A stretch of DNA of 63,633 nucleotides, the filler included, from Syncephalis fuscata S228 (Eukaryota > Fungi > Zoopagomycota), in NCBI GenBank assembly GCA_025786725.1. It is 4 parts of 4 records of this genome, joined end to end, with 100 filler letters (N's around TTAATTAATTAA, not from the genome) between each part and the next. Parts side by side here need not be neighbours in the genome. Positions count along the whole stretch, not along the records: positions 20,191 to 32,911 come from JAHLTZ010000261.1; positions 33,012 to 53,692 come from JAHLTZ010000162.1; 2 more parts are not named here. One strand, 5' to 3'. Below, piece by piece: positions 22,934 through 36,319 of the stretch; within the stretch, counting starts at the first letter, position 1, and each line of letters starts with the position of its first letter. The notes under the pieces are model-generated. The model did no database searches and was not told the DNA's origin. It saw only the letters and a program-made list of their open reading frames with translations. The translations under genes and the position numbers were made by a program.

Positions 22934-24907
22934 GGTGAGATTGATTTGTTAAGACAAATAAGTAGAATGAACGATAGAGTGTAGTAGTAGTAAGTAGGTA
23001 GTAGTAAGTATTTAGTAAAAGCAGAATGTAATGATGATACTGCTAGTTAGTTGTGTGTATTTTGTAGGCTATTTAAGTCTATGCTTATGCTGCGATATCA
23101 ATATACTATGTTGTATAAACCATTCCATTGATGTGCGATGTAAACCAATAACGATACATCCACGTGATAGTTTAAGGAATACGTATACCAACACATCGAC
23201 AATGTGATAGCATGCTGCCCCGCCTTTACTTCAATTTGTTCAACAATTACACAATGATGTGGCAATACAAATGATTCAGCACACATGCGGTAGAAATACA
23301 CCAATTGATGTGTACGGTTTTGTTACACAATTGAACTATGTGGTGTAAACTGAATCTACTGGTTTTAAAAAACAGTGACAGTGCATCGTTGTGCCTTTAC
23401 CATCACTTTCACTGACAATTTTAATTACCAATATTTGCATGCATTTCAGACAGTGCTTATGGATGCAACAGTAACATTAATACACCAACTATATACTTCT
23501 TTACATATAGCTATTGTTGTGCATAAACTAGCTGTAGCTTTTCGTGTCATGGGAATATACCGTTTGTTCGTATATGCATTTAATTCTACACTGGGCTTAA
23601 TTACAAAAATAAGCATTCTTTTTTCAACATGATGCTACTAAATACCGATAAAGATCCCGCGGATATTCGTGAATTGCTTTTATTATCGATTTATGTTAAT
23701 TATATACATATTTCATAATAAGATATTGTATTTAGTCACTAAAAGTGTCAATTGTTTGCTTTTAAGGTGGCGTGAACTGTCTAAATGATATGTAGTTATA
23801 TGTGCAAATATTGGGATTATGCCTATAAATCTACTCCGTTTACATATACTCAATCTTGATTGTGCAACAGCAGTGCATGCTACAGCAGGCAGAGGCATTA
23901 ATGTCATGCAAATGATTTGCGCAACAATAGCTTGATTAGAATAACAGATTTACAATTTGAAATTTGTACTAAATGTTACGCATTTTGGATCATGTTTCTG
24001 CACTCTGTAATTCAAAGCCAATGACGTATTGCGTAAATTATGTCCAATTCAGCGACATTATTCACTGATCATAATGTTTGTCGTTTGTTTTTTTCATACC
24101 TTCACACATTAGCTATTATTTCCTAAATAGCATGGAAATAAGCAATATTCAAATGCAGCTTAGCTATTTATTTACTATTATATTGTATATCGTCATACGT
24201 AATAGCTGTAGCCATTGAGTGGTATCGATAACTAATGGCTAGTCATTAAACCTACTGCTTATTATTGACACTAAATTATGTTTATTGCTTTTTTTCTACG
24301 CCTGGATGCATACTTGCTTATTTAATAATAAAATCTACTCATGCATATTACATTGTCATGAGTTGGATTAATAATCTGATTGTTTACTGGTTCTTAAAAG
24401 ACATACGATATTTCTATCTTCATATATACAGGCAAAATAAGCTATATTAAATCATATCTGTTAATCATATAACATATTGTGTGCCATTTAGTACTATATA
24501 CGTATGTTCTTATGAACAGTTTATTAACTATTTAGTATGATGCGGTAGTTAAATAGCTATCTTTGCTCAGTTGAAGCAAATATTTGTTCTATTGCTCATG
24601 GAACTGAGTGGTGAATAACAGCAATCATCTATTAATTTATATAGCGTGGAACAGTTAGAATGATCCCCAATTAAATAGGTTAATTCAAGTCTTTTTCTAA
24701 CAGGAATCCGGATTTGTTGAGTCATTAATTAATGCGTCGTCATCACTAACAAGCAGTAACCTATTACTCATCTTTTGATCGTTTACCAGCTGGCCATCAC
24801 CACGCAGCTGATATTTGTTTACTCATCAGTTCTACCATCTATTAGCACTACCTCTATTGATCTATCGATACTATCGCCAGTAGTGTTATACTTGATCGTC
24901 TATTATC

Positions 24908-25361
24908 ATGTCGGCACAGCAAAACAGTCAAGCAGCGCCAATACAGTCGGCTCAGGATAGCGCTGATCTAGCAGAGAAAACGACACTACCCCAATTGGGC
25001 GCGCTTGAAGAAGACGATGAGTTTGAGGAATTCGAAGCAGAAGGTAAATACAATAGATGCTATGGATTGTCTGGCAGGCAGTTATTTATTTAATGTATAT
25101 ATAATAGATTGGAATCAGAATGAAGAAGATGCAGAAGATCAACAACTATGGGAGGACAATTGGGATGACGACGATGTAGAGGACGAATTTGCTGTTCAAC
25201 TTCGGTAAGTTTTATGGTAAAATATAGTTAATATAGCGTCAGTTTATTGAGCATAGAATACGCACTAGGTATATATAATATAACTAACTATTTTTATGAA
25301 TTGCTTTATACATAGAAATGAACTCGTCAAAGTGTCACAACCACAGCCTATGGCCGAATGA
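24908..25361 (+). CDS. SEM1: Proteasome lid / DSS1 subunit (3 exons)
   Basis: LGALEEDDEFEEF..DW...LWEDNWDDDDVEDEFAVQLRNEL. Confidence 0.95.
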
Positions 25362-25523
25362 AGCATTAAGACTAGTTCTATAGAATGTTATTAGTAATAG
25401 TAAAAGAATGGAACATTTATTATAATTGAAATTGTTTTAATGGTATATAGTGTTATATGGTATACAGTGTTATATATAAAGAAACAAAGATAAAATCGCT
25501 TTTTACTGATAAATAGTATGGCA

Positions 25524-27269
25524 TTAAATGGATACTTGAATAATATTGGAGGCAGCCTTTCGTAACCGATTCATTACGGCAATGCCTTGTCCATAATCAA
25601 GTACACCTTCAACTAGAATCCATTTTAGATGCGGTACAGCATCTAGAGTACGTAGACCATCGAATAAACGATGTGCCACTTGATCAGGTCTAGTCCATGC
25701 ACCTAGATTATAGCGACAAATAAATGGACTATCAATCGTATTGGCATTGCTGTTATTGACACTGCCTTCATCTTCAACACAAAGTAATCCAACCATGGCA
25801 TTTGAACCATTGGATTCGTATAATTCTTTAGCTTTATCCAATACACACTGTCGTAGTTGTTGTCGACCAGTTATCATTGCTTCTTTATCAGCTCGATTGG
25901 TTGCACTGTTGTAGGTTGTTTTAAGCTCAAATAAAATGACAGGAGCGGTAGGCGAGTAATGTCGATATTTCATACCTGGCGTGGTAGGTGCAGCTTCTAA
26001 TTGAGCATCAGAAAAGTCTCGTTGATATACCTGCAGCTTATTAAATGCTGATCCACCCCATTGACGTATTTCCTCATCGGTAATACCACCTGGTCGAAGT
26101 ATGGCCGGAGGAGTACGTGTACAATCAAGTACAGTCGATTCAACACCCACTTCACACGAACCAGCATCGAGAATAAGCGGAATACGACCATGTAAATCAT
26201 CAAATACATGACTAGCCCGTGTTGGTGAAGGTCGGCCTGATGTATTGGCCGACGGTGCAGCCAGCGGTAGATTGGCATGGGCAATCATCGCTCTAGCCAT
26301 AGGATGAGCGGGAAAACGAATACCCACTGTTGAACGACCGCAAGTAACCGATAATGGTAGATTAGGATGTCGTGGTAACAGCAATGTTAAAGGACCGGGC
26401 CAGCCTTGTCGTATAATCCGACGAACAGAGACTGGCAATTCTAACCGATTAAATATTTCTTCAATCTGTCGATCATTTAATGTATCGATTGATTCGAGGG
26501 GTTTTGTTGAATCTACTGCTATAGTTGTATCAATAGGATCTGACTCCTTGTTAGAATAAAGAGTAGACCATGGTGCTACTACGCGCTCAAGCATTTCTAT
26601 TGACGAGATATGTACAATAAGTGGATTATCACTAGGACGACCTTTAGCATCAAATATACGTTTTACAGCGGTAGCATCAAGTGCATTTGCCGCCAATCCA
26701 TATACCGTCTCTGTAGGCATACCAACCGGTAGACCGAAATGTAATGCTTCAGAAGATGCAATTAGCGCTTGTTGTGTAGCTGTATCCGTACATGAAAAGG
26801 TATCATTGGCCGGTAGATTATATTCAAACGATATTTTATCAGGTGCCGTTGATAGCACACGTGTATTTAATGTAGCATCAACTGCCATTTGAATAGCAGG
26901 CGGTAATGAAGATGACATTACACTGGATTTTACTGGTTCACAACTAACCATTACGTTACTATAAAAGCGGTAATTGTGCTTAAATAGAGGCGGTAATAAT
27001 AATGGCTGTAATGAACGATAAATACAACTACTACCTAGTCTATTAAATGTACTACGGCGATAATAGTGACTTAAATAGGTATTTTGTATAGTAGCAAGTG
27101 TCGTGCCACTACTTGTTGTTCTTATCTGCACGGCTATGGGCAAAGTAGCTAGACGGACAATAGTAGTCTGTAAAAGGAGAGATGTCTTTCTAGTCCCTAT
27201 ATAATATTGACTAGAAGCAGTACTATTTGGAGCGTATAATGAACGACAACGAATAGAACACCGCAGCAT
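25524..27269 (-). CDS. SUA5: Threonylcarbamoyl-AMP synthase (YrdC + SUA5 domains)
   Basis: PTETVYGLAANA, AKGRPSDNPLIVH, WPGPLT, APSANTSGRPSPT, GVESTV, PGMKYRHYSP, AVMNRLRKAA. Confidence 0.95.
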   Translation of the reverse strand: MLRCSIRCRSLYAPNSTASSQYYIGTRKTSLLLQTTIVRLATLPIAVQIRTTSSGTTLATIQNTYLSHYYRRSTFNRLGSSCIYRSLQPLLLPPLFKHNYRFYSNVMVSCEPVKSSVMSSSLPPAIQMAVDATLNTRVLSTAPDKISFEYNLPANDTFSCTDTATQQALIASSEALHFGLPVGMPTETVYGLAANALDATAVKRIFDAKGRPSDNPLIVHISSIEMLERVVAPWSTLYSNKESDPIDTTIAVDSTKPLESIDTLNDRQIEEIFNRLELPVSVRRIIRQGWPGPLTLLLPRHPNLPLSVTCGRSTVGIRFPAHPMARAMIAHANLPLAAPSANTSGRPSPTRASHVFDDLHGRIPLILDAGSCEVGVESTVLDCTRTPPAILRPGGITDEEIRQWGGSAFNKLQVYQRDFSDAQLEAAPTTPGMKYRHYSPTAPVILFELKTTYNSATNRADKEAMITGRQQLRQCVLDKAKELYESNGSNAMVGLLCVEDEGSVNNSNANTIDSPFICRYNLGAWTRPDQVAHRLFDGLRTLDAVPHLKWILVEGVLDYGQGIAVMNRLRKAASNIIQVSI

Positions 27270-28146
27270 TCAGTAATACTAATCCTGTAATAATAGTATT
27301 AATATTATTAAAGGTGTCTACTATTTGGTTTTAAACAAAAAAAAGAAAAGAAAACCGATGAAACTTCAAATTTTCATTATTCTTTCTTTAATGCAGTCAT
27401 TTTAACCAATGGCTTTGTTATTAATGTAGCTTTATATTATTTAATGTTTGTTGAAATGTATTCACTATTAACAGTGTAGGTACTCCTTTTTATTTCCACT
27501 GATTCCTTTTATTCTATTTATGTGTGTAAATATGCTCACCTTCACCCATTATATCATACAACATGTATGACAGACTGAGTGGCGGTGTTTTATTGACGCA
27601 GGGGGAGTCACATCAGCATAGTATATAGATCTATAGATCTTATTCTCTGTCTATCTGCTTATCTCTCACGCCCACCACATCATCACTCTCCACTTAGTGT
27701 GATGATCCAATCAAAGGGATGGTTTCACACGCGTCTCATACTCATGTCCGCTTCTCTTTAAAAGCAGCGAACAAGTAAGCATGAAGCTTTAGTTCTTTAA
27801 ACCGCTACCACTTTCTTGTATCCCAGCACGAGTATATTTTGTTGGTATTGCAACAGCTGCAGTCATTGTGTTATCTTTGCGTTAACTGCTATCTTTTCTG
27901 TTATCTCTTTCTCTCTTTCTCTCTTTCTCGCTTTCACCAACTATCTATTGTGTTGACGTCGGTGGTTATTGTTGTTGGTCTCGACTGTTTTTATTATAAT
28001 CGTTAGATCGTTTAACTTTGTTGTTTTGACCAGTTTATTCAACTGCTCTATCGTCTCTTATTTGTGATTTGTAGATTGTGTCTTTAACGATCGATTATAT
28101 TTATCGTACTTAAATTACAACGTCTATTGCTATCACGACTATCAAT

Positions 28147-29073
28147 ATGCTTTCCCAGGAACAAGCCGTACAATCTCAGACGACGACTGCCGAGTCATCT
28201 CAGCCAGCGCGTATTGCCTTTATTGGTGGTGGCAATATGGCCGAGGCTATTATAGCCGGTCTTTTGCATACAGGCCATCCTATCGATAGACTTAACGTGT
28301 CTGAGCCTATGGCTGCTCGACGTGATTATTTAATTCAGCGCTATCCTGCACTCGCTCCACGTATCACTGATGATAACTCGAAAGCGGCCAATGATGCCAA
28401 TGTAGTGGTATTGGCCGTTAAGCCATCGGTTGTGCCCATTGTACTTGATGGTCTACGTGAACAGCTATTTGCTACTGGTGCAGTTATTCTTTCGATTGCT
28501 GCTGGTGTCCGTCTTTCTGATATGACTCGCTGGCTTACGGAAACGGCTAGCCACGATGATTTAAAGTCATGGCAGCCACCTATTGTTCGTTGTATGCCCA
28601 ACACGCCTGCTTTGGTGGGTCATGGTGCGGCTGGTGTTTATGCCAATCCTGCGGTATCACCGAAGCAACGGGCTAGTGTAGCCAATGTATTGGATGCTGT
28701 TTCAGAGACTGTCTGCTGGGTAGACACTGAAAGCCAGATTGATGCCGTCACGGCAGTAAGCGGTAGTGGACCAGCCTACTTTTTCCTATTGCTTGAAGCG
28801 ATGGTGGATGCTGGCGTCAAAGCTGGCCTCTCACCCGAAGTAGCAGCTCAGCTATCGGCACAAACGTGTCTAGGAGCAGCACATATGGCGATGAAAACGA
28901 CCGATACATTTGCCGAACTACGTGAAAAGGTGACCTCGCCCAACGGTACAACCTATGCGGCCATTACTCATATGGAACAAGGTGGTGTGCCAGAGTGTTT
29001 AAGAGCGGCCGTTCGTGCTGCAGCATTGCGATCTGCAGAATTGGGCGAAGAACTCGGCCAAGCCAAGATCTAA
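28147..29073 (+). CDS. PRO3: Pyrroline-5-carboxylate reductase
   Basis: FIGGGNMAEAI, VLAVKP, SIAAG, RCMPNTP, TAVSGSGPAYFF, LREKVTSPNGTT. Confidence 0.95.
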   Translation: MLSQEQAVQSQTTTAESSQPARIAFIGGGNMAEAIIAGLLHTGHPIDRLNVSEPMAARRDYLIQRYPALAPRITDDNSKAANDANVVVLAVKPSVVPIVLDGLREQLFATGAVILSIAAGVRLSDMTRWLTETASHDDLKSWQPPIVRCMPNTPALVGHGAAGVYANPAVSPKQRASVANVLDAVSETVCWVDTESQIDAVTAVSGSGPAYFFLLLEAMVDAGVKAGLSPEVAAQLSAQTCLGAAHMAMKTTDTFAELREKVTSPNGTTYAAITHMEQGGVPECLRAAVRAAALRSAELGEELGQAKI

Positions 29074-29365
29074 GTGCATGTATGTGTGTAGCTCGATCGA
29101 ATCAATTCCCATTTAGATTTGAATTTAGTTAAAGCATAACAGTAGAATAAAGCTTGCCATTAGTAGATTTACATATTCAGCACAGTCTTTATTGTAAGCT
29201 GAATGATAGAATTGAATAAAGTATCATGCTATTTACTTTCTAAATAAAATTATACAATAATCTAGTTTAATTGATAATTAATATATGTAATAATGCTAAT
29301 GGCCATTATATTATATTGTTATGATTAATTACACATTTAATATGTTGTCAGCAATAATAGCTACT

Positions 29366-30986
29366 TTATTGCTTTACTTCGCTAGCTAATAACTGAAGCG
29401 CTTGACGCCAGTCACGCTTTTGATCCTCCAACGACTCTAGACCAACACTAGCACGAACAAGTCTAGGATCGCTGATGCCATCAGTGCCATAGCGCCACTC
29501 TACAAGTGATTCGACACCACCTAATGAAGTAGCATTAGCCGAAAGTTGTAGACGATGTGGCAATAGTCTTGCATGTTCTTGAGTTTTTAGCTATTAATAG
29601 TAGCGATAATGTTGGTTAAATACAATAAATTAAAACACTTAGTGTTATAGTACTTACTAGAATAGAGAATACGGGTGTATGGCCACCTGGATGTTGTTTC
29701 TTCACCCATTCTGGAGGATTATCGCCAAATTGCAGGCTAGAGTGACGGATTGAATGTACAACATCGGCCGGTATACCATCATGAGCAACACCGCCACTAG
29801 CATTATTCAACCATGCAACAAGATCAAAAGCAATCGACGACTGTTGACGTACACGAAGATCCAATGTTCTATTGCAATACGTGTAAATAATAGCATATTA
29901 TTACACTGAATTATAAGATAATTACCGAATACTGCGAAGAAGCAGCCAAGACTCCAATGAACCCATAGTATTACCAAGAACACCACGATCGGCATAGAGC
30001 TATATAGATGATGTAATTAAGTAGATAAGCAATAGTAAACAAAGGCTTTAAAGTAACTCACTTGGTCGGCTACTTTTTTATCCTTTGTAATAAGTACACC
30101 CGATAGAAGATCAGAATGTCCACCGAAATACTTGGTGGCCGAGTGCATAATCAAGTCAGCACCTACGATTAAACATTAATATTAATACTGATCTATCAAG
30201 TATAAATATATCTACTTACCATGATCAAATGGATACTGTAGTGGTGGTGGTGCAAAAGTGGCATCAATTACCAGTTTGCCACCAACACGGTGAATCTTAT
30301 CGGCATAATGGCGAATATCTATATAAATTACTCTGTTGTTAATCACTTACTATTGTTAACTTTCTACTTTACATACCATAAACCTCGCCAGTTGGATTAA
30401 CTGGTGTCTCAAGCCATACCAAATCACCTTCTGCAAACTCGTCATCGATGTCAATCTTGGGCTAGAATAACTATTAGTAAGTATTGTACCTTTAAATTAA
30501 GTATTTAACCTTACCGTATCACGGAAGCGCTGTATAAGCCCTATTACTTTATGAGATCCAAAATAAGCTTCACGGATAGCAATACGCTTTGGCTGATAGT
30601 GGAACAAAGCGGCAAACACCGATGTTAAACCTGAGCTATAAGTCACGGCGTAGTCTATGATTAAAGAAGTACAAGTCAGGTCATCTTTAATAATAATAAT
30701 AGACTTGTTTATGTTTATTACCGCCTTGATTGATCTTGGCTATGACGGCCTCGGCTCTATCGCGTACAGGTTGACTGTAGCGACTATAAATATGAGTACC
30801 GGGTGGTAGTTCACTATCCTGTAGCTCGGCACTGCCCTCGGGACGTATGAACGTTGTCGTCAAACTAAGCGCAGGAGAAACGTGTAAATCGGGCTGCAAG
30901 CCGGCAGCGGCACTATTTAGCGTATCGCCATGCAGAGCCAACGTTGAAATATCCAAATCCTCGGGATTTAATGCGCGGTGAGCCAT
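29366..30986 (-). CDS. Cys/Met metabolism PLP-dependent enzyme (cystathionine gamma-synthase/lyase family), multi-exon
   Basis: [42 protein letters not shown] (PLP lysine), [24 protein letters not shown]. Confidence 0.9.
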
Positions 30987-31549
30987 TGTAGCGTCAAGTA
31001 CTTAGTTGGTTGGTCAAAAAAGGCCAGTATCGTATAGGCTATAATGGTGTGTGTGAACGTAACAATAAACAGTTAGAAGCAGTGGTGTTATGATAGCTAT
31101 TATCAACAGTAAACAGATAGATAGATGGGTATACGCAGAATTACACGTCATACTTTATAACATGGCAATACAGCTGGAATCGCCTTTCTTGGCTCATCCC
31201 ACGTCATTTAGAAGCCACGTCATTGGTTGGAAGTTGATCAATAAAGCAATTCCGACACCATTCGAATGATAGTTTAGTTGTACTAATACCATATACCATC
31301 TCGTGTGGATTATTTTGAATTAGTAAGCATTGGGGCAATGTTTGGTAGATTTTAATCAACGTTATATGGCCGATGATTGATCTTAGATGGCTGATGATTG
31401 ATGTTGTATAACCGATAATTGATGGTATTGTCAATGAATAAGGTATAGTTATAATAAAACTGTTTTTTAATTAATTTATATTTGTATTTACTAAATAAAT
31501 AAAAGTTGCGTCACGCAAGTAACCTTTTCTTACTGAATTCACCGATAAT

Positions 31550-32911
31550 ATGACTTCCTTAAGATTCGACGGCCTGCATCCTAGACAAGCTGACGATATT
31601 GCCGATGATGGCACTCCTATCTTTCATGAGTAGGTGACTGTTCAACCTGCAGGTTGTAATAACTAATCGCGTATTGATGTAGTAAACCGTCCTTAGCAGA
31701 ACGACTAGGTACGCAAATTGCTCAGCTACGATCGTTTAATAGCACGACAGCAGTAGCACCAGTGTCGTCAATTCAGGCTCCAATGATACTAGAGATACAA
31801 AGATAGCTCAGTAAAGATGAGGACACGGTAATGACTGAATCGACAGAAGAATCCAGTTAGCGAATAAGAAAAACAAGATAAGGCTGTAGATACAGATGGA
31901 ACTAAAGAGCGGAGATTTGACAATGTCAATGAGGAGGATGCCACCACAGCATCAACAGGAACCAGTGTGCCGTTAAATACTTTCGAGTGAATTAGCCGAT
32001 CTATCTTGTAAGGCATTTGAAACTGTATTGATTAACTTTTTGGTTATATTGGTGCATCTAGTCACGCAGAAGCAGAAATTTAGTGTTGTTAGATCTATTA
32101 TGTGGTGCTGGTGAATCGCATCAGGCACCATTGCCTTGCGCCCAAAACACTTGGTGGTACCGACTTGCTGCACAAATACGTACAAAGAAGACGACGACAG
32201 ATGAGATTACATTTGGTATTAGAAAATTGGTAAGGTTTAATCATAATGTTATTAAGTCAATTACTAATGGTGCTGATTAGCAATTGAATAAACGTCTGGA
32301 TTGCTAAAGAATGGCATGGAACGGTTGACTGCAGTAGCAGATGGAGAGAAGCGTTTTTGGCGTGCCGTTTCTGAACTGCAGCGCGATCTATGGCCATTAA
32401 CAGCCGGTCCAAGTATGGGCACTACACGAGCATTGCAAGTTGATTATGGTTATAGAGATGGTAAGTAGCTATATATTTGTTATGTAATAAAACTAATGTT
32501 ATACTAGTTGGTTCGTCGTCACAAGAACTAAGCAGGGCAGAATTATTACGCACCACAAGTCAGACACAAAACACAAAACACAAAGAAAAGACTGGTATGC
32601 CTATCAACTTAATACTACCACATTCTACGCCATTTAATGTTGTGGTTGAGATATGGGAGAAGTCAAATGAATATAAGCAATTACGTGAACGTAGCTCTAA
32701 TTCGACAACAGCTACAACGACTAATCGTAAGACAGTTGATAACAACGGTATCGTATAGTTGTTTCTAATATTTACTAGACGATGGCAATATACGATCCAG
32801 ATTGGCTCAGGCGCGGGCTACACTATTTGATTCGGAACTATTCCAAGAGGTAATTGGTCAAATAGAGTGATAGTTAGTGTAGAGTTTACCTTACAGTGTT
32901 ATTATTTATAC
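31550..32911 (+). CDS. MED17: Mediator subunit 17 (Srb4), multi-exon, truncated by the gap
   Basis: N-terminus MTSLRFDGLHPRQADDIADDGTPIF, QKQKFSVVLDLL, EKRFWRAVSELQRDLWPL, VDYGYRD, LAQARATLFDSELFQE. Recognised from memory of the family, not by alignment. Confidence 0.7.
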
Positions 32912-33011
32912 NNNNNNNNNNNNNNNNNNNNNNNNNNNNNNNNNNNNNNNNNNNNTTAATTAATTAANNNNNNNNNNNNNNNNNNNNNNNNNNNNNNNNN
33001 NNNNNNNNNNN
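32912..33011. other. Artificial contig linker / gap
   Basis: N44-TTAATTAATTAA-N44. Confidence 0.95.
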
Positions 33012-33334
33012 TGCACTCGACGGCGACGACGAATCCATATAAAAAAGACAGTACCGATTATTCCTGCGACAAACACCGCAGCAATACTGATAAGTACGAT
33101 ACTTGAGACAGCTAGTCCATTGACTTCAATGGGTGGTTTTGAGGCACTGTCTCCGTTAGAAAATGTAGGAGCTGGACCAGTTAATGGTGGATCAACTGGA
33201 GTTGTCGAAGAGGAAGACGAGCCATTATCAATAGTAGACGACCCAGATGAATCGGATAATGGCGGTGAAGTTGGTGTGGATGGTGGTTGTGATGATGCTG
33301 GTACTGATGATGATGATGATGAACGGTCAGACAT
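33012..33334 (-). CDS. Single-pass membrane protein with Ser/Pro/Thr-rich N-terminus (3' end lost in the gap)
   Basis: MSDRSSSS...PPSTPTSPP..., TM helix IVLISIAAVFVAGIIGTVFFIWI followed by an RRRRR stop-transfer. Confidence 0.7.
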
Positions 33335-35264
33335 GGTAGACCGCTTTGTAAAAATCAAACGCTGCAATGTTAAACAAGTTAATGCAAAAATGAAAAGGCG
33401 CGTCCAAATAAACAGGCAGCGTGCATGCACAATGCCTGATGGTTAAACAATGATATTACTCAATAAATGAGAAATAAAACAAACAAAAGTATGCTTATGC
33501 TGAAAACAGTGTCAACAACAAACTAGAAACAAAGACGAATGTGCTGTTGGCAATAATGGTTCTGGCGGTGGTCAGGGTAGGACCTGAACTGGGCAGTGAT
33601 AATGATAATGGTTGGTGGTGCTGGTGATGATGGCGATAACCTGTCGATAATAACGTAGAATCGATGCTTGTCTGTTGAACAGGAAAGGAAACTGTGGTCC
33701 CCTTACTGCAAAGGCGATCAAAGGCAATAAAAGCAACGGTTTTTTTGATGCGTGATTAGCTGCGGATTTACCCAGCATACGCAAGCCCTGTATATTTACA
33801 CAGAGCGGCAACGGTGCTAACGAATGATAAGCACGAATATTAACAAACTGCGGTTAGAATAACAATATTAAGAACGAAACACGACAAGACAAAAGCATTG
33901 ATTCTGTAGAAAAGGCGACGGGTGGGAGGAACAAGATGGCACAATTTTCGTCATAGAATTGTCAGTACAACGACATCCCAACTCGATGGCTGGTTTGAAA
34001 TTCGACATTCCGCCGATAACGGTGTAACGCATTGTGACAACATTTAAAATGGGATAAAAACAGCTTGAAAAGGAAATGCAGCGTTTGAATCTCAATGTAT
34101 GATTGGAAATAGTAGTTCAAATTAATTTATTTGGCTATCCACGTAAACATATTAATTGCATGCATATGCGTCTTGATAACATCAGATTTGTTTATGTATT
34201 TGATTAAGTATCAATTAAAACTTGGTCAAACCTAGTATATGAATTAGTGATCTGAAACAACAAAGCTTAACTAAATGGCATAATTGTTACGGAAAATGGC
34301 TATCATCCAAATGTTTCAAACTGTCGATTTCTCATCTACAAAGATTTATTGGGAATCCGCTAACTAGTAAGAATTCGATAAGCTGGGAGCTAGCATAATC
34401 GTTCCGATAGTTGTAAAAATCGGAGCTATATTTATTACCATTTTAAAAACAAACCTCGGCTACTGAATGATCCAGCAAGCTTGCCTGACCATTGCCAATA
34501 CAGAATGTTCTATATAAAGCTATAAACATATTAATTTAGTATGCGCTGGATTATTGAAGTTATCCAACATTGCCCCGTATCTACTAAATCTATGTGTCTG
34601 AGGCTAAATTAACTTGAAATAAACAAATTCCAGCAACTTCTATAGTCAGTATAAATCCTATATTCCCTATTTCAATATCCGCCGCAATGTTATTCTTTGC
34701 TTTGTATTATAACTTATTGAGGCAGGTAGTAAACCAATTGCAGCCAACTTAAACGCTGATTGGAGTATTATTACAATGCTATTTTTAAATTGGTGCTGTG
34801 TGGCGTTGTTTAGCCAGCAGTTTACTCGTAGTTATTTACAAGAAATTTAGTAAAAATAAATACAAATATTCCTATTTATTTTGCAGTATAGTACTGTCAA
34901 CTAACTTGCATATTAATACTATTAATGATGTTTCTATAAGGTTAACAATGTAAAATAGTTTGTTTGACTAGTTACTTCCAGATTACAAACTCAACTACTA
35001 AATTACCGTTTTCCACTTTATAAAACAAGGCTTACCTATATAGCTACTAATTAGCTATATTTGAATAGTCGTTCATGCCATTCAGTTCCAATGGAATAGT
35101 TCAAAATTTGCCTAACGGCCGATGTATTCGCCTATAAAACTGGCAATTTTCTTGCATATTTCTCGCTTTTATACTTACATTTTCACGCCCATACATCACG
35201 GACCTTGGCCGCAATACTCACTGACTCTATCAAATTTCTACATCTGCTGCGCAGAAATACAGAA

Positions 35265-35894
35265 ATGCACTTTCCATCGTCAACTCTAATTTTTGGAGTA
35301 TTTGTCGCACTGGTTGGCACAAGCACCCATCTAGGCGCCTATGGTAGACCGTCCGATAATTCCAAAACATTAAACTCTATAGACCCCGCCACACTAAAGC
35401 TGATAAACGACAATGGTCTGGTCACACTGCTGCCCGACTTCAACATTGCCAAACCTGATAACACCCATCATTCCAATTCAACGTCTATTGGCGATATAAA
35501 CAGTGGTGATGAAAAGATCACCTTTTATGATGCTTCTGATAATATTATCCGTGAAGCGGAGGTCTCCCATTCCTCAGTCCTTAAGCGTATCGAACAGATC
35601 AAATTTACTGACCATGAAATTAGTCAGTCCGACAACGGTAAAGCCTTAAAAACAGCTCTAGTTAAGGTAGATTACACTATACGTAATAAGGTTGAAAAGC
35701 TTGATATTACCTTGTTTGACGGCCGCAAAGAAGCAGTGGAATTTGATTATTCAACATTCCGTAACAACCTCGAGAAAATCACCGTCAGACGCCTATGGAA
35801 TAAAGATGACTATACCGAGTTGAAGGTTGATCACGATATCTTTAACAATATTGAAAAAATCAATGTTGAGCAAAAGTCAGTCAGTCAATTTTAA
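35265..35894 (+). CDS. Secreted hypothetical protein with internal ~30-aa repeats
   Basis: Signal peptide MHFPSSTLIFGVFVALVGTSTHLGAYG. Repeats EVSHSSVLKRIEQIKF / KVDYTIRNKVEKLDI / EFDYSTFRNNLEKITV / KVDHDIFNNIEKINV. Confidence 0.7.
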   Translation: MHFPSSTLIFGVFVALVGTSTHLGAYGRPSDNSKTLNSIDPATLKLINDNGLVTLLPDFNIAKPDNTHHSNSTSIGDINSGDEKITFYDASDNIIREAEVSHSSVLKRIEQIKFTDHEISQSDNGKALKTALVKVDYTIRNKVEKLDITLFDGRKEAVEFDYSTFRNNLEKITVRRLWNKDDYTELKVDHDIFNNIEKINVEQKSVSQF

Positions 35895-36319
35895 TTGCTT
35901 TCCTTCTTGATATAATAAAAAGTGTATTGTTTTTTCTACTTAATGAGCAACTTTAATAAATAAATTTGTGGGAATAGCAATAATTTATTGTTTAATAGTA
36001 GTATAATATATAGAAAAGCGTAATGGTTCTATTTAGTAATACCAATAGTTTGTTTATTTATAACCAAAGTAATTATATAAATATTTTAACATCGACGTGT
36101 AACAGTCATGAACATTGTAAAATATCATTATTTATTATTGTTACACTTGGTTATAAGAAACAAAAATAAAACATTTTTAGAACGACCAAAATAGTGATTA
36201 ATGCTTAACATGTTTTACTTTTAATAATTATAATCATCTTAGAAAAGTAATTCTAGTGTAAGTAGATAATAGAATTCAATGGAATTTATGTTAGAAAATA
36301 ATATTAATTATTTAATTAA

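Noticed and set aside
27744-28074. Short uORF and possible 5' UTR intron upstream of PRO3
   Set aside because: Donor GTAAGC (27775) and acceptor (28074) are plausible but cannot be supported without transcript data.
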